Assembly: GCF_963921235.1 (NCBI RefSeq)
Contig: NC_086108.1
Coordinates: 186,001-250,000, forward strand
Direction of reading: 5' to 3'
DNA: 64,000 nt
Origin: Mobula hypostoma
Taxonomy: Eukaryota
How positions within the stretch are numbered: the first letter of the stretch is position 1; each line of letters starts with the position of its first letter. Shown here one piece after another: positions 12,901-24,067 of this stretch. A program made the translations under genes and the position numbers. The notes beneath the pieces were generated by a model. That model was not told the DNA's origin. It made no database searches and was given only the letters and a program-made list of their open reading frames with translations.

Positions 12901-14596
12901 GTTACTACCCCTCAACCATCAGGTAGAAGGTGCAGGAGCCTCAGGACCCACACCACCAGGTTCAAGAACAGTTACTACCCCTCAACCATCAGGTAGAAGG
13001 TACAGGAGCCTCAGGACCCACACCAGCAGGTTCAAGAACAGTTATTACCCCTCAACCATCAGGTAGAAGGTGCAGGAGCCTCAGGACCCACACCACCAGG
13101 TTCAAGAACAGTTACTACCCCTCAACCATCAGGTAGAAGGTGCAGGAGCCTCAGGACTCTCACCACCAGGTTCAAGAACAGTTACTACCCCTCAACCATC
13201 AGGTAGAAGGTACAGGAGCCTCAGGACCCACACCACCAGGTTCAAGAACAGTTATTACCCCTCAACCATCAGGTAGAAGGTGCAGGAGCCTCAGGACCCA
13301 CACCACCAGGTTCAAGAACAGTTACTACCCCTCAACCATCAGGTAGAAGGTACAGGAGCCTCAGGACTCTCACCACAAGGTTCAAGAACAGTTACTACCT
13401 CTCAACAATCAGGTAGAAGGTACAGAAGCCTCAGGACCACACCACCAGGTTCAAGAACAGTTACTACCCCTCAACCATCAGGTAGAAGGTACAGGAGCCT
13501 CAGGACCCACACCACCAGGTTCAAGAACAGTTACTACCCCTCAACCATCAGGTAGAAGGTACAGGAGCCTCAGGACTCTCACCACAAGGTTCAAGAACAG
13601 TTACTACCTCTCAACAATCAGGTAGAAGGTACAGAAGCCTCAGGACCACACCACCAGGTTCAAGAACAGTTACTACCCCTCAACCATCAGGTAGAAGGTA
13701 CAGGAGCCTCAGGACCCACACCAGCAGGTTCAAGAACAGTTATTACCCCTCAACCATCAGGTAGAAGGTGCAGGAGCCTCAGGACCCACACCACCAGGTT
13801 CAAGAACAGTTAATACCCCTCAACCATCAGGTAGAAGGTGCAGGAGCCTCAAGACCACACCACCAGGTTCAAGAACAGTTACTACCCCTCAACCATCAGG
13901 TAGAAGGTACAGGAGCCTCAGGACCACACCACCAGGTTCAAGAACAGTTATTACCCCTCAACCATCAGGTAGAAGGTACAGGAGCCTCAGGACCCACACC
14001 AGCAGGTTCAAGAACAGTTATTACCCCTCAACCATCAGGTAGAAGGTGCAGGAGCCTCAGGACCCACACCACCAGGTTCAAGAACAGTTACTACCCCTCA
14101 ACCATCAGGTAGAAGGTACAGGAGCCTCAGGACCACACCACCAGGTTCAAGAACAGTTACTACCCCTCAACAATCAGGTAGAAGGTACAGAAGCCTCAGG
14201 ACCACACCACCAGGTTCAAGAACAGTTATTACCCCTCAACCATCAGGTAGAAGGTGCAGGAGCCTCAGGACCCACACCACCAGGTTCAAGAACAGTTACT
14301 ACCCCTCAACCATCAGGTAGAAGGTACAGGAGCCTCAGGACTCTCACCACAAGGTTCAAGAACAGTTACTACCTCTCAACAATCAGGTAGAAGGTACAGA
14401 AGCCTCAGGACCACACCACCAGGTTCAAGAACAGTTACTACCCCTCAACCATCAGGTAGAAGGTACAGGAGCCTCAGGACCCACACCAGCAGGTTCAAGA
14501 ACAGTTATTACCCCTCAACCATCAGGTAGAAGGTGCAGGAGCCTCAGGACCCACACCACCAGGTTCAAGAACAGTTAATACCCCTCAACCATCAGG
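9998..14596 (+). repeat. ~4.6-kb minisatellite of about 66 units of 69/70 bp, derived from the Rex1/Babar ORF2 3' end
   Basis: Unit TAGAAGGT(A/G)CAGGAGCCTCAGGAC(C)CACACCACCAGGTTCAAGAACAGTTA(C/T)TACCCCTCAACCATCAGG, translating as PSGRRYRSLRTHTTRFKNSYYPSTIR. It runs into the normal LINE end (LLNNRG* and 3'UTR) at 14597. Copy number estimated as length divided by unit size. Confidence 0.97.
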
Positions 14597-14831
14597 CTCT
14601 TGAACAACAGGGGATAGGTACACTTATTCGATTGAGATGTTCCCACAACCAATGATCTTACTTTAATTATTCTTTATCTTGTTATTTCATACTCTTGTTA
14701 TTTATTGCTATTTATTTATATTGCATTTGCACTTGATCTTTTATTGATCCTGTTCACAGTTACTATTCTATAGAAATTGCTGAGTATGCCCACAGGAAAA
14801 TGAATCTCAGGGTCGTATGTGGTGACATGTA

Positions 14832-16408
14832 CAGGTGTCCCCCACTTTTCCAACGTTCGCTTTACGAAACCTCACTGTTACGAAAGACCTACATTAGTAC
14901 CCTGCTTTCGCTTTCAGAAGGTGTTTTCACTGTTACGAAAAAAAAATCAGCGCGCGATAAAAAATCAACGCGCAAAAAAATCAGCGCGTGATAAAACGCA
15001 GCCACACTCCCCCGGATTCAGGATGGCATTGCTTAAACACGAGCCTCTGAGCAGCCGTTTGCAAGATGAGTTCTAAGGTATCGGAAAAGCCTGAAAGAGC
15101 TCGTAAGGGTGTTACACTTAGCGTAAAACTAGACATAATTAAGCGTTTTGATCATGGTGAACGAAGTAAGGACAACGTGAGCTTGGCTTGCGGAAGCTGA
15201 TGAACATGATGTTGAAGAGGTTTTGGCATCCCATGACCAAGAACTGACAGATGAAGAGCTGATGCAATTGGAAAAAAAAAAGGATAACAATCGAAATCGA
15301 ATGTGTAATGATAAAGTACGACTTTAATTTTGAAAGGGTACGTCAGTTTAGGAGATACTTGCAGGATGGTTTAAGTCCTTACAAAGAACTGTGTGATAGA
15401 AAAATGCACGAGGCTCAGCAGTCAAGCAAGCCTTCCACATCAGCCACAGCGGACAACGAACCTCGACCTTCGACGTTGAGGCGGGCAGAGATAGAAGATG
15501 AGCTGCCTGCTCTAATGGAAACAGACGATGACGAGATGACACCCCAGTGTCCCACCACCCCAACCCTCAGGCCATGGACAGATACTGATTCGCGGAGAAT
15601 GCAATGGTAGCCGGGAGGCACACAGCACATTTTTAAGAAAGAAGCCGAAATAAACAAGCTAATTAATTAGGTGATGCCTACACGTAATTGTCGGCCCAGA
15701 TCAGAGACGATGCAATCGGAAATCACCTCTGATCTGGGCCGACAATTACGTTTCAGGCAGCACCTAATTAATTACCTTGTTTATTTCGGCTTTTTTCTTA
15801 AAGATGTGCTGTGTGCCTCCCGGCTGCCGCTGCATTCCTGCATGCTTCGCAGCAATGTATCGCTCTGCAACCTGGAGGGTGGGGGCCACTGCACCATCCA
15901 AACTCTGACTCAGCCTAACACACCATCATCAGTGTGCTCGGCACTGCCTTCCCGATTCCGGTAAGTGATACTACACTGTACATACATTATTTCTACTTTG
16001 TATAGGCTGTGTATTTTTATGTGTTATTTGGTATGATTTGGCAGCTTCATAGCTTAAAGGTTACTGGAGGGAGTGTTTTTGCCAACAGCGCTTGTGTGAG
16101 ATTTTCTGCTGACGGCGCTTGCGTGAGATTTTCGCTACGGAGAACAGTGCCGACAATGATTGTGGAAAAGCATTTCTACTTTATATAGGCTGTGTATTTA
16201 TCATATCATTCCTGCTTTTACTATATGTTACTGTTATTTCAGGTTTTATGTGTTATTTGGCATGATTTGGTAGGTTATTTTTGGGTCTGCGAACGCTCAC
16301 AAAATTTTCCTATATAAATAAATGGTAATTGCTTCTTCACTTTACGACATTTCGGCTTACGAACCGTTTCATAGGAATGCTCTACCTTCGAATGGCGGTG
16401 GAAACCTG
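14832..16408 (+). mobile_element. Tigger/pogo-like DNA transposon, internally deleted
   Basis: TA|CAGGTGTCCCC...GGAAACCTG|TA termini with TA duplication, inserted in the Rex/Babar tail. Remnants RARKGVTLSVKLDIIKRFDHGE (CENP-B-type HTH) and DVEEVLASHDQELTDEELMQLE. Internal ~350-bp palindrome at ~15545-15892. Confidence 0.85.
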
Positions 16409-16645
16409 TATGTACTCTGAAAATATCAACTTCAAAATTGAAAATCTGAACTGTACTTTAGCTACGGACTTCATTCCAAGATTCGTTTATATGTGGTCTT
16501 CAGCATAGAAAGTGCCTTTTGTTATGGTCTGTCATTAGCAATGATAGCAGAACATTATAAATACAATAAACTCCGTACCATTACAATGCAATTGTTTTCC
16601 AATAATGGGTTGGTGCCAATTTCACAAGTACGCTGGCAACCTTTA

Positions 16646-17366
16646 TCTTGTTCTGGCATATTCCCCCTTCCTTTCCAGTCCTGATGAAAGGTCTTGGCCC
16701 AAAACGTCGACTGTTTATTCACTTCCACAGATGCAGCCTGACCTGCTGAGTTCCTCCAGCATTTTGTGTGAAGCCTTTCCCATGAACTTTCCTTCAACTA
16801 TCACTTTCTAGAATATTCCCCTTCTCCTCCCCCCTACCACGTTCTTGTTCTGGCATATTCCCCCTTCCTTTCCAGTCCTGATGAAAGGTCTTGGCCCAAA
16901 ACGTCGACTGTTTATTCACTTCCACAGATGCAGCCTGACCTGCTGAGTTCCTCCAGCATTTTGTGTGAAGCCTTTCCCATGAACTTTCCTTCAACTATCA
17001 CTTTCTAGAATATTCCCCTTCTCCTCCCCCCTACCACGTTCTTGTTCTGGCATATTCCCCCTTCCTTTCCAGTCCTGATGAAAGGTCTTGGCCCAAAACG
17101 TCGACTGTTTATTCACTTCCACAGATGCAGCCTGACCTGCTGAGTTCCTCCAGCATTTTGTGTGAAGCCTTTCCCATGAACTTTCCTTCAACTATCACTT
17201 TCTAGAATATTCCCCTTCTCCTCCCCCCCACCACGTTCTTGTTCTGGCATATTCCTCCTTCCTTTCCAGTCCTGATGAAAGGTCTTGGCCCAAAACGTCG
17301 ACTGTTTATTCACTTCCACAGATGCAGCCTGACCTGCTGAGTTCCTCCAGCATTTTTGTGTGTGTT
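16646..17366 (+). repeat. 197-bp tandem array (3.7 units) of a Penelope pLTR, each unit with a minimal hammerhead-like motif
   Basis: Units start at 16646, 16843, 17040 and 17237. CAGTC-CTGATGA-AAGGTCTTGGCCC-AAAA-C-GTC-GACTG with CTGATGA at 16681, 16878, 17075 and 17272. Confidence 0.92.
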
Positions 17367-17567
17367 ACCTTATCTAGAGCTTATTTTTGAACACGGGTTA
17401 GTTATCTTATAAAGACAAACAATATAAAGTCTTTGCCTGTTCCAAGGGTAACAATCCTAAGCTGACAAAATGAGCTGTGTTTTCTGTGTGCTTTTGAACA
17501 CCGGTCCATCTGTAATTTGCTTTAATATTCAATCAGGTTTACGGTTTTGAATTATGTGATTTTATCA

Positions 17568-17712
17568 TGGGTGGCGGGGTGGAAATACATCTCTGCCAAG
17601 AGAGGTGTAAGGCGTTCCTTCCCTCCGCTAGCCTGCAGGTCACCCTTGGGCAAGGTGTAGCACCTGCTTAGCCACCCCCCCCCCCCAGTCAGGGTCACGT
17701 GAAGCCATGGGG
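17568..17712 (+). mobile_element. RTE-related SINE 5' fragment (longer inverted copies at ~52075-52458 and ~55270-55610)
   Basis: GGGTGGCGGGGTGGA...GCAGGTCACCCTTGGGCAAGGTGTAGCACC is shared by three loci. The longer copies carry GGCAATGGCAAACCAC, a BovB/RTE-type motif. Confidence 0.6.
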
Positions 17713-17884
17713 TAAGAGGAAAGAAACCCAGAGAAATGTTGCTGTTGTGTTCAGATGTTTATCAATGAGTGGATACCTCATGCTCTGGTAAAGAAATAAA
17801 TGAGAGGGGAGAAAAAGGGATTGGTTAGATAAATGATGTCCATTTAGAAGCAGCATTCTTTAGTGTTACCCAGGTAAAACATGG

Positions 17885-18321
17885 TCATAGTCATAGTCTA
17901 CTTTATTGATCCCGGGGGAAATTGGTTTTTGTTACAGTTGCAGCATAAATAATAAATAGGAATAGAACCATAAATAGTTAAATAGTAATATGTAAATTAT
18001 GCCAGTAAATTATGAAATAAGTCCAGGACCAGCCTATTGGCTCAGAGGGTCTGACCCTCCAAGGGAGGAGTTGTAAAGTTTGATGGCCACAGGCAGGAAT
18101 GACTTCCTATGATGCTGTGTTGCATCTCGGTGGAATGAGTTTCTGGCTGAATGTACTCCTGTGCCCAACCAGTACATTATGTAATGGATGGGAGACATTG
18201 ACCAAGATGGCATGCAACTTAGACAGTATCCTCTTTTCAGACACCACCGTCAGAGAGTCCAGTTCCATCCCCACAACATCACTGGCCTTACGAATGAGTT
18301 TGTTGATTCTGTTGGTGTCTA
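17885..18321 (-). mobile_element. Rex1/Babar LINE 3' fragment
   Basis: Near-identical to 47168-47590; CATAGT-type tail. Confidence 0.85.
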
Positions 18322-20349
18322 CAGCTGTAATGATCTATCCTTGATAATATATCCACAGATAAACTAGCTGCTTCAGTACAGATTTTACACTCATACAGAA
18401 CAGAAAGATTTAATCTCAATGCTTTGAGGTGGGACCGGAATTTTCTGGCCTTAAGAGACGGAATTTTAAGTTTTTATAGAAAGGCAAAGTTGAGAAAACA
18501 TTGTCGTTGATGGCTCTGAATCTGAAAGTATGGTACACAGACAACAACATGGGCGATTGTAATCAGCTAGTTTCTCAGGTCAAAAAAACAACTAAATAAT
18601 GTTATTTAATCATTAAACAATGTTTCTTGATTGTTAAATAATGTTAAACTGATCGTTATTGTTTGCAATTAATTTATGTTGGCAATGTGCCTTATTTTGA
18701 AGATTTGGATTACACTGCGGTGAGAAAAGCATGGAGATTTCAGTAGATCCGAGTGTTTTCCCAGGCTAGGAAAGTCTAAGACTAAAGGGCACAGATCTAA
18801 TTGGAGACACAGAACAGAACAAGCTGGTCCGGCCCTTCAAACTGCACTGCCAGTAACCCACCAACTTGTGCAACAATCTACAACGACCCTTTAACCTACT
18901 AACCGGAATGCTTTTGGACTATGCGAGGAAACCAGAGCCTCAACTGCCAACAGCCTCACCGAATCCTGTGAAAAAGTTGTTCAAACCGGGTTTGAGCTGG
19001 TTCTTAATTAAAACACAAAATTAATTTACTGAAGTTAACATTAGGAAGAACTAATCTCATCAAAAAAACGGTAAAAATAAATACTGACAATATAACAATT
19101 GTTTCCCAAATGATATCCATTCAGATCACCTAGAAAGTAGCAACAGGGTTCATTACTTTGCAATGTGTGCTGGAATCTTCCCAGGATACAAGTACTGGAC
19201 TGGAGATACTGAGCTTGTAAGTTATAACTGCTGAAAAGGCATGTTTAATTGGGGCCCATTCAACTGTCCGAGGCTACACCTTTAGTTTGGAGAAAGTGGG
19301 AGAAACCTAAGTCAAACTTGAGAGTAAGAACACTTTTCTACCAGGTGAGGAGGAAAGATGGCGATGAAGGGGAACTGATAAGGTCTGTTGTCTAGAAAGA
19401 AGCAGAACTTTAAGGACTTCCTGGAAGGGGATGAAAATGTATAAACACCAAATCCATAGTGAAAATAAGGTGATCTGGGCCAGGCAACTGTAAGTGATTG
19501 AAGTGATGGAGAGATTACAGACCAGATAATGTTCTAAGTGTCGGTTACCAGAAAAACATTGGCAAGAACTCGAGGAAGAACACTTCCTACTTCTTTTTAA
19601 AATTAGGACAACATTATTTTGTAACATTGATAAAACCAGACAGGCTTCTGAATACCATTGCATCTCTATTGGTAGAGTAATCCTTCAATACCGTACCATA
19701 TGAATAGCCTGGACTGTGGGATTCCAGGTCAGTCTTACAAGAGATATTGTTAAGCCTGGAAAATTGTAGCTATGGAGGAAAGATTGGATAAGTTTGGGTT
19801 GTTTTCTAGTCTTGAGATGTATAAAATTGGGAGGATTAAATGGCAGAAATGAGAAGGACTTATTTCCTGAACAGGGGGATTAAAAACAAACTGAGGTGCA
19901 TAGTAACTGCTAGTAGTATTAAAAGTATTTTCACTCAGAGGATGGTAGAGGGATCTGAAATACTTCCAAGGCATAAATTCCCCTCATATTTAAAAAGTAA
20001 ATGAATACCTGAAGAGCTGTGATCAACGGGGCTACAAAGCCTGAGGTCGGACGTGGAATTAGAATGGGTAGCTCTTTTCTCCAGCATCACAGATACCGTT
20101 CCCATCATATTTATTCTTATGGTTCTGTGAGCTTGGCTTAGGAAATAGGCAGGTAGGTTTTATTTTCAGAAACACAATTTAGTTGTTCAACTAATTTTGA
20201 AAGTGTTTATACTTGTAAACTTTCAACTTAAAAGATTTTCTTTGATCAGGTTTTTTTGGAATGTGTCATCTCAGGTGTTTACAGAGAGAACATTTTGAGA
20301 TGCAGACGTACCCTTTTTAACAATGCAACTCAATGACACATTAGATCCT

Positions 20350-20380
20350 TCACCCTTTCCAGCTCTTTGCAGATTCAGTC
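20350..20380 (-). pseudogene. CEP350: CEP350-like exon with frameshift and premature stop (R-TESAKSWKG*)
   Basis: Acceptor ttttgttttcAG, phase 2. Matches recalled CEP350 RSETAKNWK, then TGA at 20350-20352. Similarity (GEGSNVSLSCI vs SERSRGSLESI) resumes in a shifted frame. Confidence 0.7.
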
Positions 20381-21040
20381 CTGAAAACAAAAAGCAGAAA
20401 ACTAATTTTGAGTTTAAGAGCTTGGCAGATAAATATCATATTGTCTTTGGAATTTTGCAGTGACAAAGGATCGCAGATCGACATTGTAGACTGCTTTTCT
20501 TTTCACAAATTCTGCCTGATTCCGTGCACGTTACAGCAAGCTACTCACAACATTTCTGAGCCAAATCCCAGAGTCTCAAAAGCACAGCAAATTTTACAGA
20601 TTATCATTAAACTGCAGAATAGAGTGAATTATGTCACTGGATGGAACAGTCAGCTATTGAAAGAAAACCTGCTAGAAATTTAGGGAAACTTTTTGAAAAC
20701 AGAAATCAAAATATCACAGATGCTGGAAATGTAAAGAGAATGACAGAAATATTCAGCAGGTGAAGCAGTGTCTAAAAAGAGAGAAACAGAATTACTGAAA
20801 TAATATTTCAAAAGTCACTGTCATTGTTTCATGCTCCACCTCCTCAGTAGAAAATACTGTACTACTCTTTAAAGAAGTCTGCTAAATAAATGAACGACAG
20901 TCACGTGCAACCTAATTTTTTAAAAAGTACTTTCAATAGGGGAGAAGGCCTCCCATTATGTTTAACTTATAAAACAGTGATACTACCAATATTCAGAGAA
21001 GTCTTTTTCCAACTGAGGCTGTATTGCCCAGTGACATTAC

Positions 21041-21171
21041 CTTTGCAGAGAAAGTGGTTTAGCCTTGGGCTTCTCAGCAGCAATGGAGGAAGGGGTTTTG
21101 ATTTGTGGTTTGGTGGAACTGGACACTTTGCTTAGTTTTGCTGGAGTCCTTTTAATTATTTCATTACAGGA
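21041..21171 (-). CDS. CEP350: CEP350-like internal exon (SCNEIIKRTPAKLSKVSSSTKPQIKTPSSIAAEKPKAKPLSLQR)
   Basis: AG/GT boundaries, 131 nt, phase 0->2. Matches recalled human SYDEFIKKTEAELS..TAKPQIKTLSSASEKPKIKPLTPLHR. Confidence 0.85.
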
Positions 21172-22193
21172 CTGGTAATACAAGAGAAAGAAAAAGATTA
21201 AATGTTGAAAGGTTCATTTTATTGTCGAAGTATGCACGTACAACTCTGATATTTGTCTTCTCCAGATAGCCCTGAAATACAGAAAGACCATGAGAGTTGA
21301 AGAAAGAAAAGACACCAATTCTCCCCCACCATCAGTATGAAAAAGAAAAGAAACAATAACAACCCCCAACTCCCTGACTCACAGAAAAAAACAGCGACAA
21401 TAACAATCTGCAATCCCCTGACTCACAGAGAAAAACAGCGACAATAACAATTCCCGACCTGCTCACTTGCAGAAAAATCAGGGACAATAGCATTAAATCC
21501 ACACTGCTCCCCCACAGGAAAAAAATTATAATAACAATCCCCGACCCCCTCGCCTGCAAAAAAGAACAGTGACAGTAGCATCAAAACCCCCAACCCCCAC
21601 CTTACACACAAAATATTTACAGCTCACCCACCCACCCACCAACCAGCCACAATTAAGAAAACACCAAAAACCTGAAGGAAACCAATATAAAGTACAGTCC
21701 AAAATTCACATATGTCTCAGAATATTGGAAACAACTTTCCATCAGCATACGAAGGCAGTGGCTGCAAACTCAACAAATCAGCAAAAGCATTTTCAACTTA
21801 ATAAATCCAATTTTAGTTGGTAAATTAATCAAGGCTGACAACTGAAAATATTCAGAGGATGGCAAATCAATTTGGCTAAATGCTGTAAAAAATAAATTGT
21901 AAAGACTGCAACAATCCAGATTTCTCCAAACTTTCAGAAAGCGTTGCCTCCTGCTGCTTTAACATAGCAGATACAAAGCAGGAGAATAGCAGCAATTGGG
22001 GAGAGACAACCGAACGTACTATTGAGTGCTGCATAATTTTCAAAGACTTTGAAAGTCAGAAGCAATATAGCAATGCAAAGAGCCTTAAGAATGAGTTGAG
22101 GGTGATATAAAGGATTTTCCAGCAATGGAACAGAAACAAAAAGAATAAAGGTAGATCAAGCCCTTTGAATAATCATATACTTAATTTCCTCAA

Positions 22194-22264
22194 ACACGAG
22201 GAAATCTGCAGATGCTGGAATTTCAAGCAACACACATAAACGTTCACCAGCAACTTTTATGTGT
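22194..22264. mobile_element. 71-bp inverted Penelope-end micro-insertion
   Basis: Two opposed pLTR pieces between a perfect 16-bp TSD TACTTAATTTCCTCAA (22178-22193 and 22265-22280). Confidence 0.75.
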
Positions 22265-22415
22265 TACTTAATTTCCTCAACAATTTTCCAAATTAAACAA
22301 TGAATATTGTGGATAGCAAATTGATTTTGGAGTAGTATATACTTACAAGTTTCTTATTGCCCTAATCAAAGACTGGCAGGACAGTCAAGGTAAGAAGGTA
22401 CGACGATAATCTTAC

Positions 22416-22573
22416 CGTTAGCTCTTTAATGAGACTGGCCTCCTGTGCCTTCAATCTCTCCTTCTGAAGCTTCTGCTCTTTCTTCAATTTGTTTACAACA
22501 GGTTTATGTTTCCTCAGATCATCTTTCAGTGCATGAATCCTGCCCTCGATATCACTCTGCTCAGATACTTTCT
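22416..22573 (-). CDS. CEP350: CEP350-like coiled-coil exon (EKVSEQSDIEGRIHALKDDLRKHKPVVNKLKKEQKLQKERLKAQEASLIKELT)
   Basis: ctaacAG and ACG|GTAAG boundaries, 158 nt, phase 1->0. Matches recalled human SDQSDIEGRIRALKDELRKRKSVVNQLKKEQKKRQKERLKAQEASLIKQLE. Confidence 0.92.
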
Positions 22574-24067
22574 CTGTTAGGGATGCAATCAAATCAAAGT
22601 TATAATAGGTAGTAGCTTCCAATTCAACCAATTATTTATCATTCAAAATACATATCTCAGCAGGGTGAAATCAACTAACAATTTTACTTAGTTTCTATTC
22701 ATTTATTGCTACTTGAAGCTTAAATTTCCAATTGAAATCCACCTGATTCAATGCAGTAATAGCTGCAAGAATTAAATGGAAACTCTCACATACCATTTTG
22801 TTTTGTTTATCACACATGTCCTGAGATCCCCAGTGGCAGGAAATGCATTTTGATTTTGACACTGTCCTCCTGGTACCATTCTCCTGTAAATATAATCAAA
22901 AGCTGTCACTGTACAGTGCAATCAGATCCATAACTCACTAAATGCACTCTTAAAGCTCAGAATACGAGTAACACACAGCTGAGCAAAGCAATAGACTCTC
23001 AAATGCCTTCTTAATTGGCCCAGTAAGCCAATAGATGAAGGGCAAACAGGGAAGGAAAGAAATACTGATATCCCCCAAAATACTAATTATGCACATCGAG
23101 CCCCAACCTCGTCGGACGCCGACCGGCCAGAGTCACAGCCTCGTTGGAGACGTGGCTCACACTCTCAACAGCAAATACAGTTGTGGACTCATTGAGATCA
23201 TAAACAGGGGAACATCAGGAAACAATTTAAATATAAAATCGGATTTAAAAAAAAATGGAAGCTAATGGTGAGCATTGCATCAATAGGCAGAGAAACACTT
23301 GCTGCAAAATAGAGTACGTGCAGCATTTCGCTAACCAAAGTTAGAACTCACTGACCACTGCTTTTAAACCTTTTCCTTTCTGTGGTACAAATCTTGCCAG
23401 TGTAGTTTTCACATTGATTTCCAGAGTTCAATTTGATTCAGGCTATTTAATCCCACACCCAGCCTCATTAAAGGCAGTCACTCAAATCACCTGTAAATAC
23501 TGCACTAACTCTGACCATGGAAGGTCAAAATGGGCATGGAGGAACAGATTACTGAAAAGCAAACATTCCTTAAGAGCACTGTTGGTGACACCTCCCATTA
23601 CTTTTATGATAGGACAGTAATTAGCCAGATCGGATAGACTCTGTTTTTGGTGGATAAAACGTAACTAGGGACATGTAGTTGCCACTGACAGACCTGTACT
23701 GGATATGCTTGGCATGCCAGGCATTTAGTTCTGAAGTGCAACTTTAAGCACGACACATCGGAGGTTGCCCATTTTCATTATTATTGCTTTTCCTGCTACT
23801 CGCTCATTCTTTGATTTGGCTGAAAACTACCATTATAACAGTGAGGACTTTGGGAGGAAGCACAGATGCATCATTCACTCAGTTCTTCCAGTTGAATATA
23901 GTTTCACAAAGTTCATTCCAGGCTCTGGTTTAACCGAAGGTGGGGATCTTTACTGGAGAAGTGTCCTCATGTTAGCTAACCTATCACCATCATGACTGTG
24001 TGAACCAGGGTGGCAGAACTTTGATAAGATCCATTGGTTGGGGAACTGCTGAACACTTAATTGAAGA

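Noticed and set aside
9998..14596. CRISPR array, or a repetitive protein gene (MQEPQDPHHQVQEQ... ORFs)
   Set aside because: Units are contiguous with no unique spacers and no cas genes nearby. The ORFs are frame-rotating translations of a 69/70-bp LINE-derived unit with regular stops.
17569..17700. HDV-like ribozyme in the RTE-related SINE (GGGTGGC/GTCACCC pairing)
   Set aside because: No P3/L3 of suitable size precedes the 3' strand.
19100..19700. Further CEP350 large-exon remnant
   Set aside because: Ser/Pro-rich on the minus strand but interrupted by stops, and I could not match any motif.
22794..22883. 90-nt exon-like segment with AG/GT ends inside a CEP350 intron
   Set aside because: In the required phase 1 it contains a stop, and the flanking CEP350 exons join correctly without it.
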